Of a DNA stretch of 64,000 nucleotides, positions 45,030-64,000 are shown piece by piece. The notes under the pieces are model-generated. The model did not search any database. It was given only the letters and a program-made list of their open reading frames with translations, and had not been told where the DNA came from. This DNA comes from the human T2T-CHM13v2.0 reference genome, Homo sapiens. The stretch lies in the NCBI RefSeq assembly GCF_009914755.1, contig NC_060925.1; one strand, 5' to 3'. The translations under genes were made by a program, and so were the position numbers. Within the stretch, counting starts at the first letter, position 1. Each line of letters opens with the position of its first letter.

Positions 45030-46000
45030 CCTACCTTATTACTCATGGCAAATGACAGAACCTCCTATTTTTTTTGGAGACAAATAAATGGGAGAAAGTG
45101 ATGACTTCAAGTTCCTACCAGCACATTTCTCACTGACCTGCCCTTATATTCATCTGTCCTAACTCTCTCCTGTCCCCACACAAAGCAGTGTGCTCCTGTT
45201 GTCTAAAGTGAGTGCCTTTTCCTGTGGTTCAAGTCCCTTTTCCTCCCACTGTTTCAGGAACACTGATCTCTGATGCAGTTCCCCTTTCTTTGGTGTGTTC
45301 CATGGACCCTGCTCACTCCTTTGCTGCAGCCCTTAAACGTTCTCAGGACTCTCCCCTCTCAGCATCCCCTTAACCTCACCCTGCAACTATCTGCTGTTTC
45401 TTCATCTTCCATGTCACAGCTGCACTTCTACACTTGCTCCAAGACACTCACTCCTCGGACTTCCTTCACCAGCAAGTACCCCTGAGAACTCCACCAGGTG
45501 ACCAGGAACCGCCTAGCATTTGGCACTGTTGACCTCTTTCTCTTTCTGAGAACTCTCTTCCTTGGTTTCCCTGATATCACTCTCTCCTGGATCCTGCCCT
45601 CCACCGTTCTCAGGCTCCTTTGCTGCCTCCTCTTTCTGCACCTCCATTCTCCCCTCAAGCACTGGGTCTTGTCATGAGCCGATTTTCATCTCATATTTTA
45701 TGTTCTCACTAGTGCATCTACTTCCCTGCCTTCAGTGATCATTCCCATGCTGCTAATGCCCACATCTGTATCTCCACCCCCTACCCTCTGCTCAGCATCA
45801 GACCCTGCATTCAGCTCTTTACTAGATGTCTCCATTGACACCTCAAGGTCAGTGTGTTCACTGCTGTGTTTATCTTTACCTTCTAGTCTATTTCTGTGTT
45901 TTCATTCTCAGGTCATTGTCCCATCCAGGGACCTGGGTATTATCTTGGGCTCCTTCCTCCCCTGACCATCCCTTGGCAGTTGATTGAGGACCTACAATGT
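45030..46000. mobile_element. L2 fragments
   Basis: C/T-rich degenerate L2-like motifs (gcatttggcactgttgacc, ctcttccttggtttccctgatatcactctctcctgg). Confidence 0.45.
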
Positions 46001-47314
46001 GTTAGATCCATTGCTAAGCACCTCACTTGCAATAGTTTTATTTTATTGTCACAGTCTTAAGAGAAAGGAAATAAATAATTAAACTTTAGATGTTTCTAGT
46101 ACCTACTGGTGAGGACATTGTAGCAGAGCTCCCCAAGCCATAACACATTATCTCAGCTTCCCCACACTTTGTGGCATCTTCTTCCTCACCCATCTCCCTG
46201 GCCTCAGACCAGTTTATGGGCCCTTTTGATGTCCTTCACTTGTCCTTCATCACACTATTTTGCAACGCGCCAGGTTCCTTTTTTTATTATATGGAACTTG
46301 GAGAAAAGAAAGTTGCATTATATTCTTACAGAAAATGAAAGCAGAAGCTATCATTCTGTGTGCTATCTGGCAATAAACTGATATTTCTCTCATGGGAAAG
46401 ACTGGAATAGTTTTAGATAATTTAACTGGGCCTATGAAAGTATTGAAAATTACCTTCTTCACAACAAATTTTCTCTCTCATCTTTCTCCACCTACCACCT
46501 CTATTCCTCATGCAAACCAGACAACCTTCCATTTGCTCAATTTTTAATGGAAACAAGAAAAAAATTTGTCTCTTTTGTTTCTTCCCTTCAGTCTCCCCAG
46601 CTTAGCTTGCAGTTCCACCTACAGCAGTCAGATTCCCAAAGATCAAAGGGAACCAGGCAAATTTATCATCCCTTATTCCCAGCCTCTGCAAAGGACATGC
46701 ATACATACACCACAAATACATGCATACAAATACACAACCCAACACACCAGCTTCCAGCCATGCCACTGTGTGTGAATTATAACTGAGATCATCCCAAACC
46801 ATGAAGATTGTTAAACAAGGATTCTAAGTACCCGAGGACACAGTCACCTTCCAGTCACCTTCTGGATGGGTTAGGGAGCCGCATGGTCTCCCAAAATTGT
46901 TCAAGTACATATTCTGAACTCGGCTCCTTCTCCCACAGGGTTCCAGAAGTTCAGCCTTGCTGGTGGGCAGGAAGCAGGTATTTTTCTTTCCAGGGGACAC
47001 TGAGATACAGTAACTATAGTAGATATTACTATTATTATTAATTATTTTCCAAATAATCTGTGGAGAAAGTGTCCCCAACTTGGTTGAAAAAGTGGTTCCT
47101 ATTTTCAATTTATACCGAATGGTAAGGGGGACAGATGAGATTGGAAGTGAGTACACAAGTCCATGATCATTGCTACAAAGCTTAACAGGGCTACATGCCA
47201 CCACAGTCCTGTCCTCCCCTCTAATCCATTATATAGGCCTAGAGAGATTATCCTCCTCTCTGCACACTCCTTTAAGAACCTCGAATGGACTCCTAAATCT
47301 GAGAATCCAAACTT

Positions 47315-47680
47315 TTGCAAATGTTAGAGGTGAGGCCTCTTGGAAAGTGATCCCATCATGGGGGTGGATCCCTCATGAATGGTTTATCACCATTTCCTTG
47401 GTGATAAGTGAGTTCTCACTCAGTTCACACGAGATCTGGTTGTTTAAGAGTCTGGGACCTCCCCCCTCTCTCTCTCTTGCTCCTGTTTTAGCCGTGTGAC
47501 ATATTGGTTCTCTGTCAGCTTACACTATAATTGTAAGCTTCCTGTGGCCACAGCAGAAGCAGATGCTAGCACCATGCTTCCTGTAAAGCTTGCAAAACCA
47601 TGAGCCAATTAAACTTCTTTTCTTTATAACTTACTGAGTCTCAAGTTCTTTTTATATTAATGCAAGAATGGCCTAGTACA
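47315..47680 (+). mobile_element. MST-type LTR, 5' truncated
   Basis: gatcccatcatgggggtggatccctcatgaatgg...aattaaacttcttttctttataac...gaatggcctagtaca. Confidence 0.7.
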
Positions 47681-47769
47681 TTTTGCTAAACTCATTTGTT
47701 ATTTCTAGAAAGTTTTCTGTGTAGACAAGCATGTTATCTTCAGATAACAATAGGATTTTCTCCACTTTC

Positions 47770-47990
<221 letters not shown>

Positions 47991-48212
47991 TAAAAATAAG
48001 TGGTGAGATTGGGCATCTTTATTGTATCATTCATTTCTACTCTTATCTTTCTATTTCCTTCCCTCAACTTTATTTGGGTTTCTTTTATTTTTCTCTCTAT
48101 TCTGAATGTGCAAATTTAAATTTCAAATGCGATATTTCTTATTTTCTAATGTAAGCCTTTAATTCTACTAATTTCCCTTTAAGCACTGCTTCAGCTTCAT
48201 TCCACACATTTT

Positions 48213-59767
<11,555 letters not shown>

Positions 59768-60702
59768 CTGCTATTGTCCATATTTCTATCAGCATTTTTA
59801 TCACAACCATTTAGCCAGTCTGAAGTTCCAAATCTTACCTCATCTTCCTGTCTTCTTCTGAGCCCTCCAAACTGTTCCAACACTGCCTGTGATATGGTTT
59901 GCCTCTGTGTCCCCATCCACATCTCATCTTAAGTTATAATCCCCATGTTTCATTGGAGAAACCTTGTGGAAGGTGATTGGATTATGGGGGCAATTTCCCT
60001 AATGCTGTTCTTGTGATAGGGAGTGAGTCTCACAAAATCTGATGGTTTTATAAGTGTTTGGCAGTTCCTCCTTCTTTCTCTCTCTCTTTCTCTCCTCTCT
60101 CTCACCTGTTGCTATGTAAGACACGATTGCTTCCCCTTTGCCTTTCACCATGGTTGTAAGTTTCTTGAGACCTCCTAGCCATGCTTCCTTTTAAGTCTGC
60201 AGAACTGTGAGTCAATTAAACCTCTTTCCTTTGTAATTACCCAGTCTCAGGTTGAATTCTTTATAGCAGTGTTAAAATGAATGAATGCAGCCTGTTAGCC
60301 AGTTTTAAAGCCACTTCCACATCTTCAGGTATCTTTATAGCACTATAAAGAAATACTGGAGGCTGTGTAATTTATAAAGCAAATAGGTTTAATTTGCTCA
60401 TAATTCTGCAGGCCACACAAGCATGGCTTCAGCATCCATTCTTGGTAAGGGCCTCAGGAAATTTCCAGTCAGAGCAGAAGGCAAAGGGAGAGCAGGTAGT
60501 ATCACATGGCAAGAGCAGGAGCAAGAGAGAGGAGGGGAGGTCCCAGACTGTTTTAAACAACAAGATCTCATGTGAAATAACTGAATGAGAACTCAATTAT
60601 CACCAAGGGGATGATGATGGTGCTAAATGACCTATGAGAGATCTGCCTCCATGATCTAATCACCCCACCAGGCCTTACCTCTAACACTGGAAATCACATT
60701 TC
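59768..60702. mobile_element. MST internal fragment and MST LTR (minus) with a nested MSTA-like LTR (+, 59890-60289)
   Basis: Inner LTR tgatatggtttgcc...gaatgaatgca with TSD gcctg/gcctg; the outer LTR resumes at 63483-63534. Confidence 0.7.
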
Positions 60703-63482
<2,780 letters not shown>

Positions 63483-64000
63483 GGAATTACATTTCAACAT
63501 GAGATTTTGAGAAGTCAAACATCCAAACCATGCCAAGTACTTATAGCCCTAAAGCAGAGCTCCACAGCTGACAGTACTCTTATGTTCTAAAGAGGAGCTT
63601 CTAATGACATCCCATGCTATTGACTAAAAAGTAGCCTCACTCACCCTTCAGCGCTTCATGATCCTCATGCACCCTCATCAGCTGAAGTCTAGAGTTCATT
63701 AAGGAGATGACAGGGGAGTAGATGGAGATCCAGTGAGGGGCCCTGGGCATTGTACCTCCCTTCCTGACCCAGCTAGGGGAAGACAGGACTCCTAGATAAT
63801 CGCTTAGAGAATAGAAGACTCCTTCACCACTAGGGAAAATTTGCTAGCTCAGGAATTCACAGGCCCCCCCAGTGGCTCTGAATTGGCCCCTCAGCAGAGC
63901 TGTGTGAGAGAGCATTTAGGAGATCTCAAAACCAGTGCCTTGGAGTTTGGGGATGTTAGAAGGGAGCACCTCCTCCTCAGTCCTGTCATTTCCCCCCATG

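Noticed and set aside
46540-47320. Short ORFs and a GTAAGG donor-like site in apparently unique sequence
   Set aside because: No recognisable domain or coherent exon structure.

Overview
Primate (human-like) genomic DNA, mostly interspersed repeats: four near-full-length L1PA elements, a complete MER4-type provirus, a complete THE1 element, solo LTRs, Alus, MIR/L2 and microsatellites. The only host gene I can support is a minus-strand CD2/SLAM-family immunoglobulin-superfamily receptor that the ORF track shows only in pieces. It has a probable non-coding first exon (donor at 22029), a signal-peptide exon (21685-21613, gccATGG), an 18.8 kb repeat-filled intron, an IgV exon (2841-2449) and an IgC2 exon (888-592). 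All coding junctions are canonical phase-1 GT-AG and splice into an uninterrupted 254-codon leader-V-C2 frame. The transmembrane/cytoplasmic exons would lie left of the window. From recall, the protein does not match CD2, CD58, CD48 or SLAMF1-9, so it is a candidate unnamed SLAM-like gene; this needs a database check. The retroelements also record unusual events: a spliced L1 (SpIRE 97/976-type) that appears to carry both flanks of its parent, a probable L1 3' transduction, an inverted duplication inside the MER4 provirus, and multi-level nested insertions. Repeat subfamily names are from pattern recognition, not a RepeatMasker run.
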